From positions 248,001-312,000 of the IMG/VR virus record IMGVR_UViG_3300003322_000571: 64,000 nucleotides of DNA, one strand, 5' to 3'. Under the pieces are notes generated by a model. It saw only the letters and a program-made list of their open reading frames with translations, searched no databases and had not been told where the DNA came from. Numbering within the stretch: the first letter of the stretch is position 1; every line of letters begins with the position of its first letter. Shown in pieces: positions 29,182 through 39,117 of the stretch. Both the position numbers and the translations under genes were made by a program.

Positions 29182-29427
29182 TCACCCTGCGTCAACATTG
29201 GAGCTACCGCCTACTTGAGTATCTCCGCTAGAGTCAGTATCTCCAATTCTGTATACAGCACGATTGTTAACAAACACAGAACTACTTGAGGCAATCTTTG
29301 TATTGCCTCGCGAGTCAGTATCTCCGTTGCGTGCAGCGCCTACATTGTTAACGAATACGTCACTGCTTCCTGTTACAATCGCGTCGTTACGTGTGTCCCT
29401 ATCACCAATTCTTGATACACCTGCCAT
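29182..29427 (-). CDS. PAAR-repeat spike-tip protein (gp5.4-like)
   Basis: Three R(I/N)GD repeats with GSS.VFVN spacing (RIGD, AARNGD, YRIGD); late promoter at 29445-29450. Confidence 0.85.
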   Translation of the reverse strand: MAGVSRIGDRDTRNDAIVTGSSDVFVNNVGAARNGDTDSRGNTKIASSSSVFVNNRAVYRIGDTDSSGDTQVGGSSNVDAG

Positions 29428-29488
29428 ACACAGTCCTCCTTTGTTATTTACGATGTCCCGATAAATACCCTATAAGAAAGGGACTATC

Positions 29489-29881
29489 ATGTTTGATGCA
29501 ATTACAGCGTTCTTTGCAGCGCTTCCGTTCACAAAAGCAACGTGGTTTACGCTAGGCACGTTGCTTTTCTTTGTTTGGCTGTTCGCTAAGGCTAGCCGAG
29601 ATCCGTTGAATCCAATCAAATGGGAACATTTGATCATGGACGGATTTAACAATCGTGCTTCACCGTATAAGCTCGGTTATTTGATTGGGTTGATCGTCGG
29701 TACTTGGATTGTCCTTCGCATGTCGGACAACGACAAATTGACATACGACATCTTCGGTATGTACTTGACATACTTGCTTGGTGGTGCTGGCGTTAACAGC
29801 TTTGCAAAAAGTAAAGCTGCGAGCCAAGAGGCAACGCAGCTTCGTGCACAAACAGATGACGATCAGATCCCTAAGCCGTAA
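29489..29881 (+). CDS. Membrane protein, possible holin
   Basis: Three hydrophobic segments and a polar C-terminal tail; stand-alone late promoter at 29462-29467. Confidence 0.4.
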   Translation: MFDAITAFFAALPFTKATWFTLGTLLFFVWLFAKASRDPLNPIKWEHLIMDGFNNRASPYKLGYLIGLIVGTWIVLRMSDNDKLTYDIFGMYLTYLLGGAGVNSFAKSKAASQEATQLRAQTDDDQIPKP

Positions 29882-30267
29882 GCACAAACATTTCTGTCTT
29901 CAATGTAAACCCTGTCAGCTTTAGCGACAGGGTTTTTCGTTTCCACTTCAACAAAACTGTCGTACAGATACGGATTGTACGTCACTTTAGTTCCACCGAC
30001 GTCATGGAGTTCAATTTGATCAAATTGAACTCCATCTTTCCTAGGTTCATACCAGCGACAACCAACAATCTCTCCGACAATTCCAGCATGAACGTTCTTC
30101 GTTTGCTGTTCCAGCACTCTTTGCCTACCAGCTTCGCTGACGTAAAACGAAGCATCTTTTACTTCGATTACAGGGGCGTAACCTACGATTAACCCCTTGT
30201 GTTCGCCTTCCAAAGCTCTAATTGAATAGATCCTTCGGTTGATGTTCCGGTAGATGAAGCACTTCAT
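29863..30267 (-). CDS. Conserved phage hypothetical protein
   Basis: IYRNINRRIYSIR...F.VSEAGRQRVL.QQTKNVHA...VTYNPY...F, a pattern familiar from phage genomes; function unknown. Confidence 0.6.
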   Translation of the reverse strand: MKCFIYRNINRRIYSIRALEGEHKGLIVGYAPVIEVKDASFYVSEAGRQRVLEQQTKNVHAGIVGEIVGCRWYEPRKDGVQFDQIELHDVGGTKVTYNPYLYDSFVEVETKNPVAKADRVYIEDRNVCAYGLGI

Positions 30268-31211
30268 TTGCTTAGCAGTGGAATGTACTGATCAATGCTT
30301 TCTTTGATCTTGTTCAGCTTCAGTTTTCCGATGAACTTCAAGATGAAGAACATCGAGAATGTCCGCTTCTTAGCGATCGCTTCTCTAACAGACTTCTCAA
30401 TCAGCTCACGAATTACAGGAGGCTGCATGGTCAAGTCAATCAGCAACTGGTTCTCTTCGAACAGGTCCTCCACCTTGAATTCAACTTGTTCGTGAACTGT
30501 CTCGCCGTCCTTTTCAACTGCGATCATTCCCTTCCAAGTCTCTTTCATTAGCTGAACACGCTCGAACGGATCAGTGTACGCTTTCTTGATACGTGTAGAG
30601 CGAACTCGCGGATACGCTGATTGAACATTGTCAGTGCTGTCTCCACGAAGGCACTTCTGGAACACATAGTACGCAGCATCACCGTCATAATCTTCAAGTG
30701 ATTGTTCTTTGTCAGTTGCAGGACTGATAACACGAACGTTACTTTGCGTGCACAACTGCAGCAAGTCACTGTCAGTGCTGATGATAATGATCTCGTCATC
30801 TTCACTAGTGTTAACCTGACAGAAACCAGCAATCAGATCGTCCGCTTCGAGGTTGTCTTCAACGAGTGAAATGATTGTTGTGTATTCGAAGATCAGCTTC
30901 TCGAACTCTTTCATGTGGTTCATGAAACGCTGGTACTTCTCCTTCTGCGACTGCGTCATATCCTGACGTCGATTTCCCTTGTAAGGAAGCTTCGAAATGC
31001 AAGCATCGCTTGCAGTATACGTCTTACGCCAGCTACGGCGGTCAAACGCCATAACAACCTTGTCAGGCTTGAACATTTTGAAGTATTTGTTCAGTGTGAC
31101 AAGGCCTGTATGCGTCGCTAGACCGGCAATCGTTTCATCCGACTCATGCGTATGAGAGAAGAACGTGCGGTACAGCATGTTCGAGATGTCAAAAACGAGG
31201 TATCTCATCAA
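30264..31211 (-). CDS. rnh: RNase H / 5'-3' exonuclease (T4 rnh, FEN-like)
   Basis: LVFDISN, AFD.RSWRK, YKGNR, LEADDLIA, STDSDLLQL, GDSTDNV. Confidence 0.92.
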   Translation of the reverse strand: MMRYLVFDISNMLYRTFFSHTHESDETIAGLATHTGLVTLNKYFKMFKPDKVVMAFDRRSWRKTYTASDACISKLPYKGNRRQDMTQSQKEKYQRFMNHMKEFEKLIFEYTTIISLVEDNLEADDLIAGFCQVNTSEDDEIIIISTDSDLLQLCTQSNVRVISPATDKEQSLEDYDGDAAYYVFQKCLRGDSTDNVQSAYPRVRSTRIKKAYTDPFERVQLMKETWKGMIAVEKDGETVHEQVEFKVEDLFEENQLLIDLTMQPPVIRELIEKSVREAIAKKRTFSMFFILKFIGKLKLNKIKESIDQYIPLLSK

Positions 31212-31224
31212 TTCTGCTTTGTAG

Positions 31225-31686
31225 TTATTCGAAGTCGTTAATCATCTGACGGTCGGAGTTCTCAATCACTTCTTGTTCGAGACGGTCCATCAAGTTTTTG
31301 TACAGCGATAGAAGCCATTTTTGAACAACACCTTCGTCATCACGCGCGACGATTCCGTTGTCGCGCAAGTATTGAACAAATGCATCGTTCCAATCAAGCT
31401 CAATTTGAATGCCGCGTGTATCACTAACTTCAGCACTCTTAATCTCAACCCATGGTTCATTGCTATTGCGACGTGCTTCATCAGCTGCGTCTTGTTCACG
31501 CCGGAATTCGAGTTCCTTATTGGCTTCTTCCAGCTGTTGGACGATAGCCTCTTTTTGAGCTTCGATTTCGTGCTTTTCTTGTTGAATCTGGGCGATTCCC
31601 TTAGTCAATTCATCGAACTTTGCGTTGATACGCTCACGTTCGATTTTGTCACGATTCCACCAGTTAGAGAGTGCTTGAAACATCAT
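31225..31686 (-). CDS. Hypothetical protein with an N-terminal coiled coil
   Basis: 153-aa ORF coupled to the clamp gene. Confidence 0.65.
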   Translation of the reverse strand: MMFQALSNWWNRDKIERERINAKFDELTKGIAQIQQEKHEIEAQKEAIVQQLEEANKELEFRREQDAADEARRNSNEPWVEIKSAEVSDTRGIQIELDWNDAFVQYLRDNGIVARDDEGVVQKWLLSLYKNLMDRLEQEVIENSDRQMINDFE

Positions 31687-32405
31687 TAAGTCCTTGGTAC
31701 GACAAGAATGTCGAGGTTGTTGACCACGATCTTCAACATACCACGGGATGTGACGTAGAAGTTACCGTCTGGATTCGCCTTGAACAGTGTCGTGACCGTT
31801 TTAATAGGGTACTTATGGACAAAATTTGCCGGCTCACCATCGTCGTCATCCGTGTTTTCAATCGTGTCTGCGAATGAATATGTCAGCTTATCACTGTTGA
31901 TGTCAGCGATTTCAAACGAGACGCCCTTGTCTGTTCCGATGAATGTGATTTCATCAGCCTTCATCGCAGAAGTTCCCTGTTGCATTAGCAACACAGCTTC
32001 AGGCGTCATACGGATTTTGTGCTTAACGGCGTCGTTCAAAGACTTAGGCGCTTGAATAGTCTTCGGGTTAGCACACCGGTAGTCAACCTTGAATCCTTTG
32101 CCTTTCATGTTGATTGCACGTGCGAACGATTCTTCTGTGCCTTCACCTTCAACAGTGACATCCATCTCGAAGTTCGACATTCCGCGTGCGATATTGAATC
32201 GAGACATGAATACGTCGATACGGTTCAATCCAATCGATCCGAAAGGCAGATCAGGAACTCCCTTGTCGTGATAGAGAACAACAGTACGATCTTCGTCGAT
32301 TGCTCGAACCTTCCCAGGTTCAATGATGATGCTACCAATCTTGGCGAGCTCTGCTGTTTGCACTACATTCTGAATGTATGCCAGCGATGCTTGATCCATT
32401 TTCAT
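31686..32405 (-). CDS. 45: DNA polymerase sliding clamp (T4 gp45-like)
   Basis: 239 aa directly downstream of the polymerase; GSIGLNRIDVF, DYRCANP..I..P and a two-domain beta/alpha pattern. Confidence 0.65.
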   Translation of the reverse strand: MKMDQASLAYIQNVVQTAELAKIGSIIIEPGKVRAIDEDRTVVLYHDKGVPDLPFGSIGLNRIDVFMSRFNIARGMSNFEMDVTVEGEGTEESFARAINMKGKGFKVDYRCANPKTIQAPKSLNDAVKHKIRMTPEAVLLMQQGTSAMKADEITFIGTDKGVSFEIADINSDKLTYSFADTIENTDDDDGEPANFVHKYPIKTVTTLFKANPDGNFYVTSRGMLKIVVNNLDILVVPRT

Positions 32406-32467
32406 GGGTGTAAATCCTTGTTATAGTTATGTTGTCATGTTACTTGAGTTCGAGTTGTTGATCAACT

Positions 32468-32489
32468 GAAAGGGGCTGAAGCCCCTTTC
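32468..32489 (-). terminator. Stem-loop immediately after the polymerase stop
   Basis: GAAAGGGGC-TGAA-GCCCCTTTC, 9-bp stem with a weak U tract. Confidence 0.55.
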
Positions 32490-35336
32490 TCAGAACTCAA
32501 ACAAACTGTCTACAAACAGACTTTGTTTAGAAGGTGGTTCTTTGCCAATAGCCTTCAAGATATTCCCTAGCGGATTGTCGACCAGTCGTTCGATGTGAGC
32601 TTTCTTGTCGATCTTGAAGTTATCAAGGAACCACTGAGGGACGAAGTCAGCATCAACAGGCAAAGCCAAGCTCTTGAACTTGCCGTGATTACCGAGTAGG
32701 TAGTAGACACGAATCTTCATACCAGAAGAAATCTGCGGACTGACTTTGTCTTTGTACTGCTTAAGCATCAAGTTGTAGTAGATTGACGCTGCAACGTGAC
32801 CTGGAAGACGTGCGCTAGCACCTTCATCTTCATACTTTGACGTGTAGTCTTCAAGTCCCTTAACGCCCTTCGGTAGACCAATTGTACGTACGTCAGGTGC
32901 ATTGAGCAATTCGTCCTTGTACTCAACAATCGATACTGAGACAGATTCCCATGTTTCACCTTTCAAGAACCGTTCGATAAAGCCGTTCAGCTTCTTCGAC
33001 ACATGGACAGGAAGTGTTGTCTTCTTCGTGTCCAGTCCCATCACTTTCATCTTGTCGACAGGATCGCCGTCAAGGTTGATCAAGTGCAAGATGTAACGCT
33101 TCTTTTCAACGAAGATTCCGCGGTCGGAAACGATTTCACGTCCCGCCTTGATGATATTGTCATATCCGGCTGTGCATAGGAACGATTCACGCATGAACTC
33201 AGGGAACGATGCGTTGACAATGTCAGCAACACCGTCAGCAATTTCAATTGCTTCGTCAGCAGTACGACCGTGCGTCTTGAAATACGTTGAGTCAGTATCA
33301 CCGTAGATGATGTGGGTCGCTGGATGCTTACCGTTGAACTTCGGACCATGTAGAGAGATCAGCTCAGCTTCCTTCTCAGTATAGCCGGATTCCATCGCAT
33401 CTTTGACAGTCTCATACAGAGGGAAGTCAACGTTATACGATCCACCAAGCGTCTCGTTCGTCTTACGGCACTGATGACGGAGAATCATACGGCCTGTACC
33501 GGTTGTTGATTCACCAAGACGCAGGTCAAAGAACCGGAAGTACAAGTTCGTCAAAGCGCCGTAAAGGCTGTTCAGCTTAATTTTGTACACGTACTGAAGA
33601 CGGTCATAGTAACCAGCCTTCAACGCATCGCCAGCAGCCTTAGACTCACCCTTCAACTTCTGATACTTCTTACGAAGATCGTACCACTCAGCAAGCAACG
33701 CCGGAATGAAACCTTGTTTCGTTTGATCGAACACAGTTCCGTACCCAGACACAGCCCACTTACGTTCCGCGAAGTATTCACGCCATTCGGTCGCAGGCAT
33801 CGTCAGCTCCTTGCTTGAAGGACCGCGATAACTGTCTTCAAACACGAAAGTCAAGTTATCAAACGAGCCGTCTGCGAGTTTCTGAGCATCGGCTGCATAT
33901 CCCTTGAATTGTCCTCGAATAGTCTCAGGAGAGATGTTCAGAGAACGAATAGCAGATGGATACAGCGAGTTGATGTCAATCGACCCAATGAAATCATGAA
34001 GACCGACCTGTGGATACAGAACAAGAGCACCGTCAATTTGACGATCTTCCAAAGGTTGTGTTACGTTCTTTACGACTCTCCGAAGCGTATGATGGCAGTA
34101 GTTAATCAACGCCAGTTCGGCAAGCTTCAAAGTGCCGTTTACATGCGAAAACAACGCGGTTGAGAGGTGAACGTTAACGTTTGCAATGCCAACGTAGCCG
34201 AGTTTGTCTTCGAATCCGTTCAGAATCTCAGTATCTCGCAAGTTGTACCGGCTGAAGAACGCGTAGTTGTTACGGTACAAATCAGCAAGCGTACCTTCGT
34301 ACTCCAACTTAGGAAGAAGAGGTTGCTTTGTTTTGTCGTCGACCAGAACGTCAGCTGCAATTGCAGCAAGGGCGTACGAAGGCTTTTCACCAGGTTCGTA
34401 CTTCTTAACGAGGTTCATGTAGTCGATCTTAACACGCCCGACAGTATCAATCGTGTTGCCCATTAGCTTACCGTTTGTCGGATTCGGCACAGGACGGAAC
34501 GACACGTTGCCGAATGTTGGGAAGTCGAGTTGACGGAGGAACCTGAACTTGCCAGGATGCTGCTTGATCTTTGGATTCGGATTGTCGGTATAGACGAGAG
34601 TTGGCTTACCACTTGGTGTTTCAGCTAGTTCACTGCCAAGAGATAGAGGTTGCCGGTCAAGTACACGTGCAACGCGTTGTGCGATGTACGGCATATCAAA
34701 GAAGTCACTGTTCCAGCCAGACACAACGTCACTATCGCGCAATTCCTGCAGCAACAATAGCAAAAGCTCTTGCTCATCGTAGCAGATATGAATTTTCAGA
34801 CGGTAGTCAGTAGGGATCGGTGCATCAGGAGCGCATTCATTCATCTCACGACGAAGGCGTTCTTCAGTCCATCCCTCTTCAGGAGGGACAGTGAGAAGAA
34901 CGTATTCACGCTTCCAGCGATGATACAAAGCAACAGAGTTGATTGGTGCATACGGATTCGTAGCAACCATGTCAATAACTTGAACACCTAGTTCAGGATC
35001 GTAGTCAACTTCGATGTCGAGGAACGTAACATGAAGCTGAGGTGCTTCGATGCCGTAGTAGTGATTGGATAGGACGCGAATGTCAGGTGTGATATCGCTT
35101 TCCCACATCTGAATACCGCGATCATCGTATTCTTTGCGAGCCCGGCGATATTCACTGTTCTTTTTGAATTCTACTTTCGACACACGGTTGCCGTAGACGG
35201 TTTGGTAATCGCCGTCAGGATCATCGATGTAGAAGTAGTACGGAGCTGGGTAATCCTTAACGACGCGGTCGCCATCTTGATTTCGCTCCCAGACGATAAC
35301 TTGATCGTCTGTATGGATAGCAGAAATGTATGCCAT
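32490..35336 (-). CDS. 43: Family B DNA polymerase (T4 gp43-like)
   Basis: Exonuclease motifs FLDIE, GWNSDFFD, YNLRD; polymerase motifs SIDINSLYPS, KIKLNSLYG, YGDTDS, KKRY; no intein. Confidence 0.97.
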   Translation of the reverse strand: MAYISAIHTDDQVIVWERNQDGDRVVKDYPAPYYFYIDDPDGDYQTVYGNRVSKVEFKKNSEYRRARKEYDDRGIQMWESDITPDIRVLSNHYYGIEAPQLHVTFLDIEVDYDPELGVQVIDMVATNPYAPINSVALYHRWKREYVLLTVPPEEGWTEERLRREMNECAPDAPIPTDYRLKIHICYDEQELLLLLLQELRDSDVVSGWNSDFFDMPYIAQRVARVLDRQPLSLGSELAETPSGKPTLVYTDNPNPKIKQHPGKFRFLRQLDFPTFGNVSFRPVPNPTNGKLMGNTIDTVGRVKIDYMNLVKKYEPGEKPSYALAAIAADVLVDDKTKQPLLPKLEYEGTLADLYRNNYAFFSRYNLRDTEILNGFEDKLGYVGIANVNVHLSTALFSHVNGTLKLAELALINYCHHTLRRVVKNVTQPLEDRQIDGALVLYPQVGLHDFIGSIDINSLYPSAIRSLNISPETIRGQFKGYAADAQKLADGSFDNLTFVFEDSYRGPSSKELTMPATEWREYFAERKWAVSGYGTVFDQTKQGFIPALLAEWYDLRKKYQKLKGESKAAGDALKAGYYDRLQYVYKIKLNSLYGALTNLYFRFFDLRLGESTTGTGRMILRHQCRKTNETLGGSYNVDFPLYETVKDAMESGYTEKEAELISLHGPKFNGKHPATHIIYGDTDSTYFKTHGRTADEAIEIADGVADIVNASFPEFMRESFLCTAGYDNIIKAGREIVSDRGIFVEKKRYILHLINLDGDPVDKMKVMGLDTKKTTLPVHVSKKLNGFIERFLKGETWESVSVSIVEYKDELLNAPDVRTIGLPKGVKGLEDYTSKYEDEGASARLPGHVAASIYYNLMLKQYKDKVSPQISSGMKIRVYYLLGNHGKFKSLALPVDADFVPQWFLDNFKIDKKAHIERLVDNPLGNILKAIGKEPPSKQSLFVDSLFEF

Positions 35337-35374
35337 TTATTGTTTTCCTTATTTGACACAGATTGTGCACGATT

Positions 35375-35403
35375 ACTTTAGACGTACCCGATAGAGACAT
35401 CAA
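35375..35403 (-). promoter_or_regulatory. Sigma70-like promoter for the polymerase operon
   Basis: - strand reads TTGATG-17 nt-TAAAGT. Confidence 0.45.
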
Positions 35404-35455
35404 CATTTTGTACCCTTTTGGATAAATATTGAGAACATCCTAAAGGAGTTATGTT

Positions 35456-37843
35456 ATGTCTACATCTTTGCCGATCAAGGGCGATAACGACAAGAAGATT
35501 GGTGCCTACGGTGCGCCGCTTCAGGTCACAGCTCAAGACCAGCCAACGATGACTGTAAAGGTCCGCGCTGGTTCATTCTTCAATAGTCAAAACAATCTCG
35601 TCGAATACGCTGGTGGTACGACACCTATCATCTCTGCTCCTGTTTCAGGCGCAAAGTGGGTTCTCGTAACGCTGTCGGATACAGGTTCGCTGGCTCTCGT
35701 TAACGGAGCAAACCAATCTGCTCCAAACCTTCCAGCCGTCCCAGCTGGTGCGATTCCTCTTGCTGCGATTTACGTCACGTCGACAACGATCGCAATTACG
35801 CCTAACTTGATTCAGGATATTCGTCCATTCCTGCGTGCTGTTAACTCGGTTCCTGATGTTGCTGCAGAACTCGCTGATCGTCCAACGTTTACAGACGTTG
35901 ACAACGATCTCGCTTTGAAGGCTGACGTTGACGGTACGGCTAACACGACATTCGCTTTGAATAAGACATTCGTTGCTGGTTCGCCAAACTCCGACGCTTC
36001 GTTCGCAGTTAAGCGCGGTAACGCACCTGAGGTTGCTATCCGCTGGAACGAGTCGATCGATCAGTGGGAATTCACGAACGATGGTGTTACGTACAGTCAG
36101 TTTGCAGCAACGAGCGGTACTTATGCTCCTCTCGTTCACTATCACGTAGCTGCTGACGTTACGGACTTCAACCCAACTGTTAATGCATTGATTGCAGCAG
36201 CTCCAATTGCTCAATCGCAAGTGACAGGTTTGTCTACAACGCTCGCAACGAAGACGGATCAGGTCAACTTCCTCGCTCACGCAAACGATACATCAATTCA
36301 CCACACATTGCCACTTCCACAGTCAGCAATCACAGGTTTGACAGCTGCTCTTGCTGCTAAGGCTGACTCAACAGGCGGTACCTTCACTGGTGATATCACT
36401 GTTCAAGAAGGCACGAACCAGCCAATCGCGCTCGTAAGCGATGCAGGTAGTTCTGGTTTGACGGTTGACCGTGGTGTTAACCCTGACGCTAAGCTCGAAT
36501 GGGATGCGTCCAGCCAGACATGGATGTGCGGTACTGTCGGTTCGATGAACACAATTTTGACAGCAAATGCTGTTGCACTTGTTTCGTCTGTCAACGGTCA
36601 GCAAGGTGTTGTTGTTCTCGATGCAGCCGATGTAGGTGCAGCTCCAACAGTGCACACACACGTTGCCGCTGATATTACAGACTTCACGGCAGCTGTGACT
36701 GCTTTGATTCCAGCTGATGCTGTAACGTCCGTCAATGGTGATACAGGTGCGGTTGTGTTGACAGCAGCTGATGTAGGTGCAGCTCCAACTGTCCACACTC
36801 ACGTAGCTGCTGACATTACGAACTTCACTGCTGCAGTTACAGCTTTGATCCCTGTGACATCCGTCAATGGTGACACTGGTGCAGTCGTATTGACGGCTGC
36901 TGATGTAGGTGCGGCACCAACCGTTCATACTCACGTTGTTGCTGATGTAACAGACTATGTGACAGCTACCGATGCACGTATTGCAGCGGCCTCGATTGCT
37001 CAGTCACAAGTCACTGGTCTTGCAGCATCGTTCGCAGGTAAAGCAAATACAGTTCACACTCATGTCGCAGCTGATGTTACTGACTTTGCAACCGCAGTCG
37101 TCGCTGCTGCTCCTGTAGCATCTGTCAACGGTGACACAGGCGCTGTTGTATTGACAGCGGCAGATGTTGGTGCGGCTGCTACAGTTCACACGCATACTGC
37201 TTCTCAAATCACTGACTTTAACACAGCTGCTGATGCTCGTATTGCTGCTGCTACGATTACACAATCGCAAGTAACAGGTTTGACAACTGCGTTGGCTGGC
37301 AAGGCAAATACGGTTCACACGCACGTAGCTGCTGACGTCACTGACTTCACATCGGCAGTGAACGCTTTGATCCCTGTAACATCCGTCAACGGTGATACGG
37401 GTGCGGTTGTGTTGACAGCAGCTGATGTAGGTGCAGCTCCAACTGTCCACATTCACACATCTGCGGCAATCACTGACTTCAATACGGCTGTTGATGCTCG
37501 TATTGCTGCGGCTGATCCAACAAGCACGGTTGCAACTACTGATGCTACGCCAACACAAATCGTTGCTGTACCAACAACGACGGATAGTGTCGCGGCTGTA
37601 GAAGTAGTCGCTTCGGCGTTTGAATCAGCTACAGGTGATGCTAAGAGCGTTCGCGTATTCGCAATGGTTAAAAACATTGCTGGTACGGTGACGGTTGGTA
37701 CGCCAGATGTTACAACATCCGAAGACGCTGGTGCAGCTGCTTGGACTGTTACACTCGTTGTATCAGGTACGAACGTTGCTGTTACCGTCACAGGTGAAGC
37801 TGCTAAGAACATCGCTTGGAAGGCGAAGGTATCAGTAGCTTAA
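35456..37843 (+). CDS. Virion fibre protein with phage-tail-repeat (HxH) modules
   Basis: Repeats of V.SVNGDTGAVVLTAADVGAAPTVHTHVAAD(I/V)TDF and IAQSQVTGL; late promoter at 35423-35428 and RBS AAGGAG. Confidence 0.8.
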   Translation: MSTSLPIKGDNDKKIGAYGAPLQVTAQDQPTMTVKVRAGSFFNSQNNLVEYAGGTTPIISAPVSGAKWVLVTLSDTGSLALVNGANQSAPNLPAVPAGAIPLAAIYVTSTTIAITPNLIQDIRPFLRAVNSVPDVAAELADRPTFTDVDNDLALKADVDGTANTTFALNKTFVAGSPNSDASFAVKRGNAPEVAIRWNESIDQWEFTNDGVTYSQFAATSGTYAPLVHYHVAADVTDFNPTVNALIAAAPIAQSQVTGLSTTLATKTDQVNFLAHANDTSIHHTLPLPQSAITGLTAALAAKADSTGGTFTGDITVQEGTNQPIALVSDAGSSGLTVDRGVNPDAKLEWDASSQTWMCGTVGSMNTILTANAVALVSSVNGQQGVVVLDAADVGAAPTVHTHVAADITDFTAAVTALIPADAVTSVNGDTGAVVLTAADVGAAPTVHTHVAADITNFTAAVTALIPVTSVNGDTGAVVLTAADVGAAPTVHTHVVADVTDYVTATDARIAAASIAQSQVTGLAASFAGKANTVHTHVAADVTDFATAVVAAAPVASVNGDTGAVVLTAADVGAAATVHTHTASQITDFNTAADARIAAATITQSQVTGLTTALAGKANTVHTHVAADVTDFTSAVNALIPVTSVNGDTGAVVLTAADVGAAPTVHIHTSAAITDFNTAVDARIAAADPTSTVATTDATPTQIVAVPTTTDSVAAVEVVASAFESATGDAKSVRVFAMVKNIAGTVTVGTPDVTTSEDAGAAAWTVTLVVSGTNVAVTVTGEAAKNIAWKAKVSVA
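36580..37520 (+). repeat. Modular coding repeats within the fibre gene
   Basis: Five SVNG..G.VVL.AADVGAA units and seven H(T/I)H motifs; an identical 52-nt direct repeat at 36746-36797 and 37400-37451. Confidence 0.9.
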
Positions 37844-37859
37844 CTAGCGACTAGCCAAT

Positions 37860-37890
37860 AAAAAAGCCCACCTAGGTGGGCTTTTTGTTT
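37860..37890. terminator. Bidirectional terminator (perfect 26-bp palindrome)
   Basis: AAAAAGCCCACCTAGGTGGGCTTTTT between convergent genes; an identical copy lies at 48246-48271. Confidence 0.88.
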
Positions 37891-38252
37891 TAGAACGGGC
37901 TATCGCCGTCGTCTTCATCCTGCTTATCGAGTGGATCGCTAGAAGCATCCGGATCGCGAAGACCACCTTCAACGATTGTTTCGTACAGGGTTTCGAAGTG
38001 ACGATTTTCTTCAAGCAGTGAGCCGTAGTTGTGCTTGTACATCGTAGCTGCGATCTTGCGAACGAGCTTCTTGTCAACGCCGTACTCAGCGGAAAGAGCG
38101 GCAATGGTTTCGCTCATCCCTTCCTTGATGTCGTCAATTTGCTGGAAGTAGTGAGTAACCGTAGCGAGAGCCGATTTGAACTTCTTACGAATTTCCGGAT
38201 CAGCCAACAGATTACCCTTCGATTCCTTTTCCTTCTTTGCAAACTTAGCCAT
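37890..38252 (-). CDS. dsbA: Double-stranded DNA-binding protein (T4 DsbA-like)
   Basis: IDDIKEGMSETIAALSAEYGVDKKLVRKIAATMYKHN...FETLYETIV aligns by eye with the T4 DsbA pattern (K.ELG.DGK.F.RL..LYHK). Confidence 0.6.
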   Translation of the reverse strand: MAKFAKKEKESKGNLLADPEIRKKFKSALATVTHYFQQIDDIKEGMSETIAALSAEYGVDKKLVRKIAATMYKHNYGSLLEENRHFETLYETIVEGGLRDPDASSDPLDKQDEDDGDSPF

Positions 38253-38298
38253 TTATTGTTCTCCTTATTAGGCTTTTTATATGCGTATGTTACGGTGT

Positions 38299-39009
38299 TT
38301 AATACCGTTGCGTCAACTGTAACCCGTTGTTGCGGTTAAATTGACGCACCACAGTTTCGAGTTTACGCTTGACCTCTTGGACATAGCCATACTCACTGTG
38401 ATTGTCGATCTTTTGTGCACCACCGATTCCCATGTTGTATGCGGCAACAGCTCGGTTCCAGTCACCGCCCGACAACTGCATGTACAGTTTGAAGTGATAC
38501 GCTGCGATACGAACGTTTGCTTCGTCGTTTGACAACAACAAGGCGATGATTTCTTCGTCCATCAAAGAGCCGTATTTGCGGCCTTCGAAGTACTTGTCAA
38601 GTAGAACTGGAAACCGTTCAAGGACCGATCGTGCAGCAACAACTTGAACTTGCATCAAGCCGTAAGAACGCTTGCCAATCGGTGCATTCTTGTTGCCAAT
38701 TCGTTCCGAACGTCCACCGTTCGTTTCTTGCATCAGAATCGCTTGAAGCGTTTCTGGATTGCCGACTTCACGACCAACCATGAACACAGTCTTCAGGTGG
38801 TCTGTCATACCTTCCGGTACATCGACAGATGGTTGCACGGTTTGTTCAACGACTTGAATAGGTCGTGTGAACTCCGACGCTGCGCGGAGCCTTGAAGAAG
38901 GGTCCGTGAAAGTAACTTGCCCAGTTGCTGTTGCAAAACCACACAGCAACAATACTGCCAGGAATGTCAAAACCGCAGCGACTGAGGTGAATTGCAGACG
39001 ATTGCTCAT
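38299..39009 (-). CDS. Lytic transglycosylase (SLT) with an N-terminal signal/anchor segment
   Basis: Start moved to ATG 39009 (RBS AAAGGAG). Hydrophobic N-terminus; LQAILMQET (catalytic Glu), SYGLMQV, AAYNMG. Confidence 0.88.
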   Translation of the reverse strand: MSNRLQFTSVAAVLTFLAVLLLCGFATATGQVTFTDPSSRLRAASEFTRPIQVVEQTVQPSVDVPEGMTDHLKTVFMVGREVGNPETLQAILMQETNGGRSERIGNKNAPIGKRSYGLMQVQVVAARSVLERFPVLLDKYFEGRKYGSLMDEEIIALLLSNDEANVRIAAYHFKLYMQLSGGDWNRAVAAYNMGIGGAQKIDNHSEYGYVQEVKRKLETVVRQFNRNNGLQLTQRY

Positions 39010-39117
39010 CTCTGGTTCTCCTTTTGTCAGTGAAAGAATATCCATTAGGTGTTAACAAAAACACCATGCAGGATATGACAGCCTTGGAAAATAGAAAACG
39101 GGTCAGCTTGAAAAGCG

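Noticed and set aside
32490-35336. Inteins or introns in the polymerase, helicase, RNR or topoisomerase
   Set aside because: Lengths and motif spacing are normal; no C/S...HN splice motifs or homing endonuclease insertions were seen.
36580-37520. Repeats as a CRISPR array or a DGR template/variable pair
   Set aside because: They are in-frame protein repeats with synonymous variation, have no unique spacers or adenine-specific mismatches, and no reverse transcriptase is in the window.
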